A stretch of DNA of 64,000 nucleotides from a virus. Shown one piece after another: positions 28,804-38,119 of this stretch. The position numbers and the translations under genes were made by a program. Position 1 is the first letter of the stretch, and each line of letters starts with the position of its first letter. The stretch covers positions 11,203 to 75,202 of IMG/VR virus record IMGVR_UViG_3300046820_000495. One strand, given 5' to 3'. Under the pieces are notes generated by a model. That model saw nothing but the letters and a program-made list of their open reading frames with translations. It made no database searches and was not told the DNA's origin.

Positions 28804-29357
28804 TTAGGTTCCAATCTAATATCTAATTCTTTGAGTACTTCTCTGTAGAGTGGTTCGCCTGCGGCCACTTGTTCTTTCCAAGTCTTTCCTGCGCTGGCAT
28901 CTGCTGGGTCACTGATATACTTCCATATCTCAATGTCAATGCCTAGCTTATTTGCTACCTTGGCCACACTATATGCTTCCATGTCAACTACATCGCACTC
29001 TACTCGAAGCTTGTCGGGTTCAGTAATAAAAATATCGCCCGATGCACATGTCTTTCCTGTGCCAGGCATGATAATCATGCTTTCTGGATCATTGAAGTGT
29101 ATGCCCGGTTTCATACCTAAAGCCATCAAGTTTACATCATGTTGCCATACTGTATTAATACGATGTACTCCTGTACCTAACCTAATCCCGCCTGCTGTAC
29201 CCATATTAATAATACGACTGGGGCGATAGTAGTTACATAACCTTGTGGTGTTGATTGCGGCATTTACTTTGCCTACGCCTATACAATGAACATTAGAGTA
29301 CTGTTTAAAAAGGCCTGGGGCTTCGTCTTCTAATGCAAATAAAATTAAATCATTCAT
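28800..29357 (-). CDS. 5'-methylthioadenosine/SAH nucleosidase (Pfs/MtnN-like)
   Basis: GVGKVNAA, NMGTAGG, SGDIF, DMEAY, KYISD; start reassigned to ATG 29357 (TAATTA 5 nt upstream). Confidence 0.87.
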   Translation of the reverse strand: MNDLILFALEDEAPGLFKQYSNVHCIGVGKVNAAINTTRLCNYYRPSRIINMGTAGGIRLGTGVHRINTVWQHDVNLMALGMKPGIHFNDPESMIIMPGTGKTCASGDIFITEPDKLRVECDVVDMEAYSVAKVANKLGIDIEIWKYISDPADASAGKTWKEQVAAGEPLYREVLKELDIRLEPK

Positions 29358-29395
29358 GTATATAATTACCAACTCCAAAGTAGAGTTGTTTAGTC

Positions 29396-29421
29396 AAAAG
29401 AAAACCCGCCGAAGCGGGTTT
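29396..29421 (-). terminator. Rho-independent terminator
   Basis: AAACCCGC-loop-GCGGGTTT stem followed by a U-tract on the minus strand. Confidence 0.8.
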
Positions 29422-29423
29422 AA

Positions 29424-30122
29424 TTATATTGCTATTTTGACTCTGGTTAGCCTAGTCTCCTGGGCACCATCCCTATCTTGTCCGTGTGCTTTAACAACAC
29501 CAACAATTGGGAATTGCTCAGGGGCATCGGGCCACATATCAACAGTCTTACTACTGGTCCAAAAATACAAGTTGACACCATCTGTAGCACGAATAACACT
29601 ACCAGCAAACACTCTGCCTTCAAACTTGTTGATTACAGTAACGTCAAGCCTAATGTGTTGACCCACGGAACCCTGATGTATACTGGTGCCAACAATCTTG
29701 TTCATTACTTCTTGGTGAGCTTCCTTTTGAATTTCTTTGTGATAACGGGCGCCAAGGCAAGCCATGTATGCCATGCCCATGTTAGCATCAACTTCTTCTT
29801 GTGTGATAAGGTTCATGATCTTTTGATCAAAGTCATTTGACTTACCACCAAGCATGTTAAATGCAAGTCCTTGGAAATGCTCTGCCATCTTGGCACCAAA
29901 TTCCCTGTCAACATCAGTAACATTAGGAAAGTTTAGTGTAACCTGAGTCTTAATAAGCTCGCGGTTAGGATGCTGTTTAACATTGCCAGTTTCTTGATCC
30001 AACTCAGGGAACTTAACATAACGGCCTTCGTTAATGCGATCAGCAAAGGCCACTAAGGCCCAAGCATCAGCAATAGGCAACTTCTGTTCTTTAAGAAAAC
30101 GCTTTTTCTGTGCTTGATCCAT
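29424..30122 (-). CDS. Hypothetical protein with C-terminal OB-fold-like domain
   Basis: GSVGQHI...GVVKAH...QETRLTRVK; start reassigned to MDQAQ. Confidence 0.65.
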   Translation of the reverse strand: MDQAQKKRFLKEQKLPIADAWALVAFADRINEGRYVKFPELDQETGNVKQHPNRELIKTQVTLNFPNVTDVDREFGAKMAEHFQGLAFNMLGGKSNDFDQKIMNLITQEEVDANMGMAYMACLGARYHKEIQKEAHQEVMNKIVGTSIHQGSVGQHIRLDVTVINKFEGRVFAGSVIRATDGVNLYFWTSSKTVDMWPDAPEQFPIVGVVKAHGQDRDGAQETRLTRVKIAI

Positions 30123-30129
30123 AGTGTCC

Positions 30130-30324
30130 TCAAAAGGCAAATGTTCTAACCCAATCAAAGCGAGTACTGGCAGGCACCCACTTAAATTGTTCCTTCTTGC
30201 GTTCGGGCTTTTCAAAGTCCATGCACACCATTACCCAGCCACGCTCTGTGGAGAACGCAACTGTGTCAGCAACACGAACGACTTGAACTAACCTATCCCT
30301 CATCCTTGCTACAGTAACGGTCAT
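30130..30324 (-). CDS. Hypothetical protein
   Basis: SD GGAGG. Confidence 0.6.
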   Translation of the reverse strand: MTVTVARMRDRLVQVVRVADTVAFSTERGWVMVCMDFEKPERKKEQFKWVPASTRFDWVRTFAF

Positions 30325-30333
30325 AATGACCTC

Positions 30334-30723
30334 CTATGCTAACTTTTCATATTCCAAACTAACACCCTCTGAGTAGTAGCCGTTTGACTCACCTAACCAG
30401 CGAATGTCAACCCAACCTTTAAAGGTTGCAAATTTGTAAAAGGTCCAGGTGTATGACTCACTGCCTTCAAAGCCATCCACTTCACCGCCAACTGCTTCTT
30501 CTGCTACCAAGATAGGAGTGCCTACCAAGTCTTGCAAGTCGCCAACAATGTCGTTTACTTCTACAGATTCACAACAATCTTGGAAGTGCATAAATGTAAA
30601 AGTTTCTTTGTCGGTTGCAAAGACAATTTCACGTGAGCCTACTTCACCAGTAACACTGGTAAAGACTTTGCCAATCATGTCTTTCAATCCAACTGTCATG
30701 TTCAATGTTTTTTCGTAAGTCAT
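30334..30723 (-). CDS. Hypothetical phage protein
   Basis: HFQDCCESV...SYTWTFY...RWLGESNGYYSE. Confidence 0.75.
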   Translation of the reverse strand: MTYEKTLNMTVGLKDMIGKVFTSVTGEVGSREIVFATDKETFTFMHFQDCCESVEVNDIVGDLQDLVGTPILVAEEAVGGEVDGFEGSESYTWTFYKFATFKGWVDIRWLGESNGYYSEGVSLEYEKLA

Positions 30724-30745
30724 TTTTATTCCTTTCATTTATAAT

Positions 30746-30946
30746 AGGAGGGAACCATGTGGATCTCATTCTGCTGGGTTTGCGAAGCCCAGTCACCACG
30801 GTCATTACTGCCAGATACTTCCGTCAACCATTTGGATCTATTGCTAGTCCTCAGTCTTCATGCGTTGTAAGATTGCGCCAAACGCCTTGGTGCTCCTCTC
30901 TTACGGTCCGCCTAACGGATCTGGTAACCCTTTTATTTCTTGCTAT
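30746..30946 (-). ncRNA. Putative structured non-coding RNA or long leader (~200 nt)
   Basis: No credible ORF; multiple complementary helices; follows TTGACA-17-TATAAT (30953-30981). Confidence 0.5.
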
Positions 30947-30952
30947 GTATCT

Positions 30953-31010
30953 ATTATAGTACTTCTAGGGCCACTTGTCAACCATTTTGTTGTTGTATTT
31001 TTACAACAAC
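30953..31010 (-). promoter_or_regulatory. Consensus sigma70 promoter with upstream palindrome GTTGTTGTA-TTTT-TACAACAAC
   Basis: TTGACA-17-TATAAT; palindrome at 30989-31010. Confidence 0.85.
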
Positions 31011-31015
31011 TTTGC

Positions 31016-31300
31016 TTACTTTTTAGGCAGATCTTTTGCTAGCTCAAACCACCGTGTAGCTTGTTTATAGTTAAAATTTGGGTGCCTAAACATATAATCC
31101 CGTTTGCGCTCTGCTATCTCTAAAGCATCTAGCATACGCATTTTATCATTAAATGGCAATGACATTAACACTTTATTCATATCTGTAATGTCTAACATAT
31201 ACTCCACCCATTTTTCTGTGGCTTTTATTTTGTAGAAACTTACTTGTCCTTTTTTATTATTGGCGCTTGTATATTTGCTTATAAAGTTTTTAGCTTGCAT
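31016..31300 (-). CDS. Hypothetical protein
   Basis: SD AGGAG; own promoter. Confidence 0.7.
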   Translation of the reverse strand: MQAKNFISKYTSANNKKGQVSFYKIKATEKWVEYMLDITDMNKVLMSLPFNDKMRMLDALEIAERKRDYMFRHPNFNYKQATRWFELAKDLPKK

Positions 31301-31320
31301 ACGTTCTCCTTTAATTAAAC

Positions 31321-31375
31321 ATTATAACAGAGATTGGACCGCTTGTCAAGTATGCTGTGTTGCAAAAATACAACA
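31321..31375 (-). promoter_or_regulatory. Consensus sigma70 promoter with TGTTG-N8-CAACA palindrome
   Basis: TTGACA-17-TATAAT; palindrome at 31358-31375. Confidence 0.85.
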
Positions 31376-31418
31376 CCGGTGGATTAGCAGAACGTTATAG
31401 TAGCACATAAATATCAAT

Positions 31419-32237
31419 ATGAGCAACCACTTTAATACACAAATTGGCTTTGGAACTTCAGGGCTTGGAGATAGTTTAGAACCAGAAAAATGGAAAAGAC
31501 ATTTAGCGGCTATGCAACATGCTATCGAAGTAGGATACAAAGTTTTTGATACTGCTGAAATGTATGGTGACGGCAAGACAGAGCTACTGCTTGGACAAGC
31601 CTTAAAGGCAACAGGCAAAAGAGATAGCTTACATATTGTTTCTAAAGTTCTGCCAAAGAATGCTACTACAGTAGACGACGTTATAAAAGCTTGCCAAGCA
31701 AGTATTCGTAGAATGGGGTGTGACTATATTGATACATACCTGCTTCATTGGCGCGAAGGTCCTATGTCGATTAATCCAGCCATTGAAGCCATGCTAGAGC
31801 TGAAACAAAAAGGTCTTATTAAAAGTTATGGTGTAAGCAATTTTAGAAAGTTTTCTCTTGAAGAGTGGCAGATGATAGAACGTCAATTAGGCGTAGATAG
31901 TACTATATCTACTCACCAGCTCAGGTATGCTGTAACTTACAGAGAGCACGAAAAAGAAGTTGTTCCGTGGAACAACAATCATAATATCACGACAATGGCA
32001 TGGGGTCCGCTAGGCAAAGGTGCAATATTTAAAGACCGACTGTTTGTTGATATTGCACAACGTTACGGGTACCTACCTGCACAACTTGCTATAGCATGGA
32101 CTATTAAGAATCCAAACTTTATTTCAATCCCCAAGGCAACAGATCTAAATAGAATCGAAAAGAATCTTGCTTCACAAAAATTAACACTGAACGATGAGAT
32201 ACTCAGTGAACTAGAAAAGAAATTTCCAATACAATGA
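31419..32237 (+). CDS. Aldo/keto reductase
   Basis: FDTAEMYG, SKV, YLLHW, GVSNF, IPKA; TAAATA 5 nt before ATG. Confidence 0.92.
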   Translation: MSNHFNTQIGFGTSGLGDSLEPEKWKRHLAAMQHAIEVGYKVFDTAEMYGDGKTELLLGQALKATGKRDSLHIVSKVLPKNATTVDDVIKACQASIRRMGCDYIDTYLLHWREGPMSINPAIEAMLELKQKGLIKSYGVSNFRKFSLEEWQMIERQLGVDSTISTHQLRYAVTYREHEKEVVPWNNNHNITTMAWGPLGKGAIFKDRLFVDIAQRYGYLPAQLAIAWTIKNPNFISIPKATDLNRIEKNLASQKLTLNDEILSELEKKFPIQ

Positions 32238-32896
32238 TAGGTCCAAAAGAACTTGCCCCTTTAACAGATGATCAACTGTTAGGGCTAATAGAATGCTTTA
32301 CAAACAATAAGCAAATGCAAAGCTACCCTGGTAGGGCGTTTGCATTAGACTTAGATCCAGCAATGGAAATCGTTAAGCCTATTATAGATAACGAACTTGG
32401 AGAAGGTACATGGGAAAGAGACGGCGGAAACTTCTTCCTTACTAACACAGGGTATCGTGTTCATGCTGATACAGGTAAGCAAGGTCCAGAAAAAGTCTGG
32501 CAGACATTCTTGTTCCCATTGGCAATGACATTCAAAGAAGACACTACACCGCGTCTAGACAAGAATAAGTTTATTGTGCTTAACCAAACGTGGGATGGTA
32601 ATGCGGCCTTCTTCTTACGTGGGAGTGATGACGAACCAAACGAATACAACATTGTAGTCAAAGACTATGCGGCAGTTGGCAACATCGAACATCATACTAT
32701 GGATGGATGGTTACTAGAAAACTGCCCTCACTTAAATCCAAGCAACTTCTATGGTTTAACAGTTGACAAGATGTTTACTTGGACTCCAGGAGTACCAATT
32801 ACATTTCCACGTAATCGTTTACATGTAAACACACCTTTCCCAAGGTATGGAATTGCTACCAAGCTTGGCTTGAGTGTGTTTATATCGAGAAAATAA
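32234..32896 (+). CDS. Putative 2OG-Fe(II)/cupin oxygenase
   Basis: VHAD...FPRNRLH...K.GLS. Confidence 0.55.
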   Translation: MIGPKELAPLTDDQLLGLIECFTNNKQMQSYPGRAFALDLDPAMEIVKPIIDNELGEGTWERDGGNFFLTNTGYRVHADTGKQGPEKVWQTFLFPLAMTFKEDTTPRLDKNKFIVLNQTWDGNAAFFLRGSDDEPNEYNIVVKDYAAVGNIEHHTMDGWLLENCPHLNPSNFYGLTVDKMFTWTPGVPITFPRNRLHVNTPFPRYGIATKLGLSVFISRK

Positions 32897-33867
32897 TGTC
32901 TAAAATAATTGAAATAAAAAGAAATTACGATGTACTGTATGTATATTGGACACTAACGGATTTTTGCAACTTTAGATGTAACTATTGTCCAAGTAGCTTA
33001 CATGCCGGAGACTACAAGAATGGTAGAAAGCCAGGCTACCCATCAAATGACGAGATACGAACTTTTCTTGATAAGCTAATAAATGTTCACGCCAAGGATA
33101 GAGTATTGCTTGTTTCGATTGGTGGGGGTGAACCTACTCTACATCCAATGTATGAAGAAATAGTAGACACAATTTATCCACATGGTATAGTTGAAACCAT
33201 TACAAATGGTTCGCGAGATTTCAAGTGGTGGCAAGGACTCAATCACCTGCCAGATAAACTTACTATTAGCCTACATGCTGAATGGACTAAAATGGATCGT
33301 GTCAATGAGTTAGGCGAATTCCTACTAGACAATAAAGTACAGGTTGCGTACAATATGATGTGCGACCCAGGAAACTGGAATCGTGTACAAGAACTGTACA
33401 ATCAAATGTCTCCGCGACTACGGCCATATGTTGCTGGTAAAATTATAACAGACCATGATGACGGCCCCGACAATGGCAAACCATGGGACTATACCCCCGA
33501 GCAAATGGAATACATTAAAAGCATCTATGCAACAGGTGAACGGCCTGCAAGAAGAAAAATATACGAAGGTGTGAACATTACGCCTGTGATATACTACGAA
33601 GATGGTTCAACGTCAAAGATGGAAAATCCGTTTGAAGTAGTCAATAACTGGCAGCATAGTTTTACAGGATGGGAATGTAGTGCTGGTAGAAACGGAATAG
33701 CCATTGACTTTGATGGCTATGCTTACGCTGGCAATTGCAGGACACAAAAGCTTGGAAGAATTGATAAGTTTGATTTATTGTCTGAACCAATTATCTGCCC
33801 CAACAAGTGGTGTAAGACAGCCGCAGATATTCAGACCAATAAGCGTTACATAGAACCAGGGTCTTGA
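32896..33867 (+). CDS. Radical SAM protein with C-terminal Cys cluster
   Basis: CNFRCNYC, GGGEP, TNG; C-terminal C...C...C...C. Confidence 0.88.
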   Translation: MSKIIEIKRNYDVLYVYWTLTDFCNFRCNYCPSSLHAGDYKNGRKPGYPSNDEIRTFLDKLINVHAKDRVLLVSIGGGEPTLHPMYEEIVDTIYPHGIVETITNGSRDFKWWQGLNHLPDKLTISLHAEWTKMDRVNELGEFLLDNKVQVAYNMMCDPGNWNRVQELYNQMSPRLRPYVAGKIITDHDDGPDNGKPWDYTPEQMEYIKSIYATGERPARRKIYEGVNITPVIYYEDGSTSKMENPFEVVNNWQHSFTGWECSAGRNGIAIDFDGYAYAGNCRTQKLGRIDKFDLLSEPIICPNKWCKTAADIQTNKRYIEPGS

Positions 33868-34475
33868 AATCCTAGCTCATTGAACGCCCATGCACGTTCT
33901 GTGCAGTTATAACACTCGCCACATCGACCTTCTGTTTGTGCTGTACAACTATGAGTAAGTTCTATTAGAGGCCATATATCAAAGACATTGAACAAGTCTA
34001 ATGTGTGCCTTTTGTCAACTAGTGCAAAAGGAATAGTTGTCCCGGGCAAATTGACCTTGTCCGGTCTTGCTGGATATTCTCCTGGCATTTGAACAGGAGG
34101 GTGTGCCTGACTACCGTAAAAGCAATGTTCAATGTTGTATGTTGCTCTTGCTTCTCTTTCACCACTACGTCCTTGCTGACTATGATGTAGTGTTGGGTCT
34201 CCTACTTGTATAGGAGCTGGCAATTCTATGCCAAGTATTTCGTTAACTTTATCAACGATTGGCTTGACATAGTTCCAAGCACCATCGGGCCTAGCAACTG
34301 TAAACGGAATCAACTCGTGGTCGCTGCCTGACATTTTCTTTTCTAGTGCCAAGATATAAAGTAGTATAGCACTATCTGCTCCACCACTAAGCATTACCCC
34401 GATGCGTTTTTTATCTGTTGGCAATGCTATTTCAACTTGCCGCTTGTTGCCTTCTGGCCCAACTATTACAATCAT
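33846..34475 (-). CDS. QueC-like (7-cyano-7-deazaguanine synthase-like) PP-loop protein
   Basis: LSGGADS; THSC...CGECYNC.ER zinc site. Confidence 0.72.
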   Translation of the reverse strand: MIVIVGPEGNKRQVEIALPTDKKRIGVMLSGGADSAILLYILALEKKMSGSDHELIPFTVARPDGAWNYVKPIVDKVNEILGIELPAPIQVGDPTLHHSQQGRSGEREARATYNIEHCFYGSQAHPPVQMPGEYPARPDKVNLPGTTIPFALVDKRHTLDLFNVFDIWPLIELTHSCTAQTEGRCGECYNCTERAWAFNELGFQDPGSM

Positions 34476-35336
34476 TTAGTGCCTGTGCTGTAGGTTCTTT
34501 AATACCTTATCAACGTTGGCCAATGTCATTGGCACATTTAAGATTAAATGCCAACTATCGTCTACCCAAGATATTGTTCTGTGTGTCATACGAGTATTAA
34601 CATAATACACACGGCCTACTTCAATATTGGCTTTGCGATCATCCATTAACCAATCGTAATCAAAAGGACCACAGTTCTTTAAAAAGCACACAAGTCTAAA
34701 GCAAGGACGCGGCATGCCGGGATGGTCGCGATGCGGGACAAAGTAGCCACCTGTACCCGAGTTAACAATAAAAGACCTGCCCAGTGGTTGCCACTCGTCT
34801 AAAAATCCTTTAAGACTTTTCTTGCTCGGGTCGCCTGTCTTATCACAATCATTATATAAATCAGTTGGTACACAGAACTCTGCTTCGCGAACAGGCCTGC
34901 CAAGTTTTTTAGTTGCTTCCGGTAAGCTAGGTGGGCTTTGATGATTCCAACCTGGAATAGTTGTTAGTGATAAACTTTTTCTGTTGTTTGGACGATCAGT
35001 TCTTGGAAGATAGTCTACCCAGTCCTTGCTGTACTTTTCATTGATAACTTCTTCTATTTTCCAGTGGTCAAGTCTAATATCCAATGGTTCAAAATTACCA
35101 ATGGTAGAAAGTGCAAGTTCTGATGCCATAATGTCATTGCTTACAAAATCCATGCCTGCTCTTGTTCCGCTGGCTCCTACACCAATTACTGCATCTGGAT
35201 TGCCACTGAGATTTTCTACAGGCTTGCTTTCTTCTGCCTTGACTTCTGGCTTCTTCTTAGTAAGAGGTGTTTTAATTTTCTTTGGTTCCGGCGTTTTTTC
35301 TACTGCCGGTGATTTGATATCAAATAAAGTTCCCAT
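34476..35336 (-). CDS. AspH-like 2OG-Fe(II) oxygenase with N-terminal extension
   Basis: PHRD...YYVNTRMTH...HLILN. Confidence 0.65.
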   Translation of the reverse strand: MGTLFDIKSPAVEKTPEPKKIKTPLTKKKPEVKAEESKPVENLSGNPDAVIGVGASGTRAGMDFVSNDIMASELALSTIGNFEPLDIRLDHWKIEEVINEKYSKDWVDYLPRTDRPNNRKSLSLTTIPGWNHQSPPSLPEATKKLGRPVREAEFCVPTDLYNDCDKTGDPSKKSLKGFLDEWQPLGRSFIVNSGTGGYFVPHRDHPGMPRPCFRLVCFLKNCGPFDYDWLMDDRKANIEVGRVYYVNTRMTHRTISWVDDSWHLILNVPMTLANVDKVLKNLQHRH

Positions 35337-35391
35337 GTTTTACCTTGTAATGTTCAAGATAGTTATCAGGGCTAGGACTGTACTGTGTAGC

Positions 35392-35850
35392 CTATTTTAC
35401 TGTGGGTTTATCTAGTCTATAGTGTTTCATTCTATAGCATCTGCTGAGTGTGATATTGTAGTTTGTCAATTGTTCGCGCCACAAAAAGAATTGAGGACCG
35501 TGTGTCATATTCTCATTGGTTAACCATTCCCATTGGTGAACCATTTCATGTGCCATGGTGTTGATGAATAATCGTTTGCTGAGAAAACTCTTATTGATCT
35601 TCATCTTAACTCGAGTAGTATCTCCTTCAACTCCTTGGCACTCTCCCCAAAATGCCTTAGTGTACACCAACCTAAAACTTGGCATTTTAAGTTCATTGTT
35701 AAAAACATTGCGGTTGATGTTTCTAAATGCTTCCCTGCAATCTGCTATTGTGGGCCTAAACTTAGCATCATGTTCGTCAAACGATTGAACCATTCTAAAC
35801 AGTTTAGTCCTACTAATGTCCTTCTTATTGGCCATTGTATTAAGTTCCAT
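35392..35850 (-). CDS. SprT-like zinc metalloprotease
   Basis: AHEMVHQ, HGPQF; exact TATAAATA at 35873-35880. Confidence 0.85.
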   Translation of the reverse strand: MELNTMANKKDISRTKLFRMVQSFDEHDAKFRPTIADCREAFRNINRNVFNNELKMPSFRLVYTKAFWGECQGVEGDTTRVKMKINKSFLSKRLFINTMAHEMVHQWEWLTNENMTHGPQFFLWREQLTNYNITLSRCYRMKHYRLDKPTVK

Positions 35851-35930
35851 GTAATGCTCTTAGCGAGTAAGTTATTTATAACATACTATGAAAACTTAAA
35901 CTATCGTTTAGATGTGCCAAAAGTACCTAC

Positions 35931-37106
35931 TTAATACTCCAAGAAGTTAATACCTTCGATGACATCGCCATCAAATAACATATCCATAGGATGTTTTTTG
36001 TTTGCAAATTTATTTGATGTCCAACTATTCTTTTTCTCGTTGAAATCCCACCAGCAACTAAAGCCTAGCATAATATGAATGCGCGGCGGCGCAGTTCTAG
36101 ATAGCGCATAGGCACGGTGGCTTGTGTTGGTGTCCCAACTATATCCGTATCCTGCTTCTAAATGCTTTGGTTCAAATCCCTCTTGCTCAAGAACATAATC
36201 AGGATGTGTAACAATTGGAATATTGATACGTAGGTTGCATGTCATAGCTTCGTCTTTATGCCATGTTACGCCAGCATATCTGTCTTGGCCCACTGGGCCT
36301 TCGTGTTCAGAATAAATGATACGAATAGCAGTTCTAACCATGGTCCGCTTAAAACTGTTTAGGAAAGTTCCCAATGACTTATATTGACTTGCAGGTGTTC
36401 TATAAACAAGCCCCATTGTATCAAAGTGACTATTCTTTTTATTCAATGGCATTGAATCGACGCTATGGTTTGAGTAAGGGTTTGATACACCTACTGTTCC
36501 GGGTCTATGATTACCTTGTGTGTGCTCGTGTATGTTTGCAGTATCGCCGTCTAGGTGTTTAGGATTATAAGTTAAACCAAGACCGCCGTAGCTCAAATCC
36601 TTTCTAACTCTATTAGCATCAGGAAGCCTATAATTCCACTCACCAAACTCTTTTAAAGCTTCTAGGGTGTCTGTTGTTAGTTGTTGAACATCAATGGACT
36701 TAGGAAGTTCAAATTTGATTAAAGGTGCATAATTTCTTTTTGGAGGGACGCTACAAACGGGCTCTGAAATTTTAAAAGGAGCAATCAGATCTAGATACCT
36801 GGCTGTTATCATGGAATCTGGGATGGCATCTAAATCGTCAACAATAATATTCTTTCTCTTGTCGTTGTTTTTAAATTGTGCCATTTTCTTAACAGCGTAT
36901 TCGTCAATTGTAACTTTCTTAAGAACTTCTTCTTTTTCTCGTTCCATTCTTTGAAAATTAGCAATATCTCGAAGACGCTTTTCTTCAGCACGTTCTTCTT
37001 CTAGTTTCTTAGACATTGCAAGAACAGCTTCGGCAGCTCTATTTGCACGTTCTTGAGCTGATTCAACTGCCGCTACTTCTGCTTCAACTTTATCAAAAAT
37101 GTTCAT
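35931..37106 (-). CDS. AspH-like 2OG-Fe(II) oxygenase with N-terminal coiled coil
   Basis: WHKD...RINIPIVT...WDTNTSH...RIHIM. Confidence 0.7.
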   Translation of the reverse strand: MNIFDKVEAEVAAVESAQERANRAAEAVLAMSKKLEEERAEEKRLRDIANFQRMEREKEEVLKKVTIDEYAVKKMAQFKNNDKRKNIIVDDLDAIPDSMITARYLDLIAPFKISEPVCSVPPKRNYAPLIKFELPKSIDVQQLTTDTLEALKEFGEWNYRLPDANRVRKDLSYGGLGLTYNPKHLDGDTANIHEHTQGNHRPGTVGVSNPYSNHSVDSMPLNKKNSHFDTMGLVYRTPASQYKSLGTFLNSFKRTMVRTAIRIIYSEHEGPVGQDRYAGVTWHKDEAMTCNLRINIPIVTHPDYVLEQEGFEPKHLEAGYGYSWDTNTSHRAYALSRTAPPRIHIMLGFSCWWDFNEKKNSWTSNKFANKKHPMDMLFDGDVIEGINFLEY

Positions 37107-38089
37107 TTGTTAATCCAACCTTTGTACTTTTCATAATGTGGTTCAAGTGCCTTTAGCCACTCGTTAATCTTTGGACGGCCTTTAACAGCCATAATAATCT
37201 TGGGCTTGGCCAAGTCTGCTCCGTGCATAAATGCTCCGTTGTTAAACACAAATGTATTTGTATCAGGTGGCAAATCTACGTATGTTCTTTTTTCGTGTGG
37301 GATACGATTTGCACTAACACCATATGCCGCACCTGTTCTAACGCTGATAGGTTTTGGATCATACTCTGCTGTGCGCTCTGGCCACTTGCTGATCCAGAAT
37401 GTAGGACCATCGTTTGTGTCCCAAATCATGATACGTAAGCTATCTGGCCACGGATAGATAACTGCGTCTGGATCAATGTGTGGAGTTACTTCGTTGATGT
37501 TAGACCATAATACAACCTTCTCAACACTATGGAAAGGCAAGCAACTGAAGATCTGCTCAAACATCTTTGGAAAGTGGCTGGTCCAATCATCTACCACTGT
37601 ATTCTTATAGTTAAATTTGGTATGGTCTACGTCTGGGTGTAGATAGCAACATAAGCCTTTCCAAAACTGTGTTTCATTTAGGCCACGTGTGATGTCAGCT
37701 TGCTTTTCATTCCACAGCTTCCAGAACAGGTCCCAGTCATCTGGTTCAATCTTAGGCACATCCAATGGTACCCATGCAATAGGTGACCACTTAGGATCTA
37801 CCAATGCCATTTCTGGCCAGGCTGCAGGGCTAATGTAGCTTAAGAAACCTACATCAACATTGGGCATATGAAAGACCTTGCCTCCTAGTCTGACCCACTC
37901 TTCAAACGGATTGCGCCCGTTTAATAACCAAAATGCAGAATGATGATCTAGTACTACCCATTCCCCTGGATGTAAGTCTGCAGGGAGTGTTTGTCCTGGA
38001 CCTAGTGTTATTGTTTTGCCTGTTAGCCTACTGGTACGCCAATTTACATGGGCCAGTATCGTTTCTTTAGGTGGGATGAGCAGTGACAT
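37103..38089 (-). CDS. Putative 2OG-Fe(II)/cupin oxygenase
   Basis: PHID...FVFNN...MHGA...K; TAACTA 5 nt before ATG. Confidence 0.55.
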   Translation of the reverse strand: MSLLIPPKETILAHVNWRTSRLTGKTITLGPGQTLPADLHPGEWVVLDHHSAFWLLNGRNPFEEWVRLGGKVFHMPNVDVGFLSYISPAAWPEMALVDPKWSPIAWVPLDVPKIEPDDWDLFWKLWNEKQADITRGLNETQFWKGLCCYLHPDVDHTKFNYKNTVVDDWTSHFPKMFEQIFSCLPFHSVEKVVLWSNINEVTPHIDPDAVIYPWPDSLRIMIWDTNDGPTFWISKWPERTAEYDPKPISVRTGAAYGVSANRIPHEKRTYVDLPPDTNTFVFNNGAFMHGADLAKPKIIMAVKGRPKINEWLKALEPHYEKYKGWINK

Positions 38090-38119
38090 AACAATAGTTA
38101 TGCTTGTGTAGAAGGGGTG

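Noticed and set aside
30746-30946. Lysine, glycine or cobalamin riboswitch, or hammerhead, as the identity of the structured leader
   Set aside because: Only short fragments resemble them (AGAGGAGC, CACCAAGG); the core consensus elements are missing or out of order.
32896-33867. Calling this radical SAM QueE
   Set aside because: It is longer than typical QueE, has an extra C-terminal Cys cluster, and lacks the QueE N-terminal F.S.QGEG motif.
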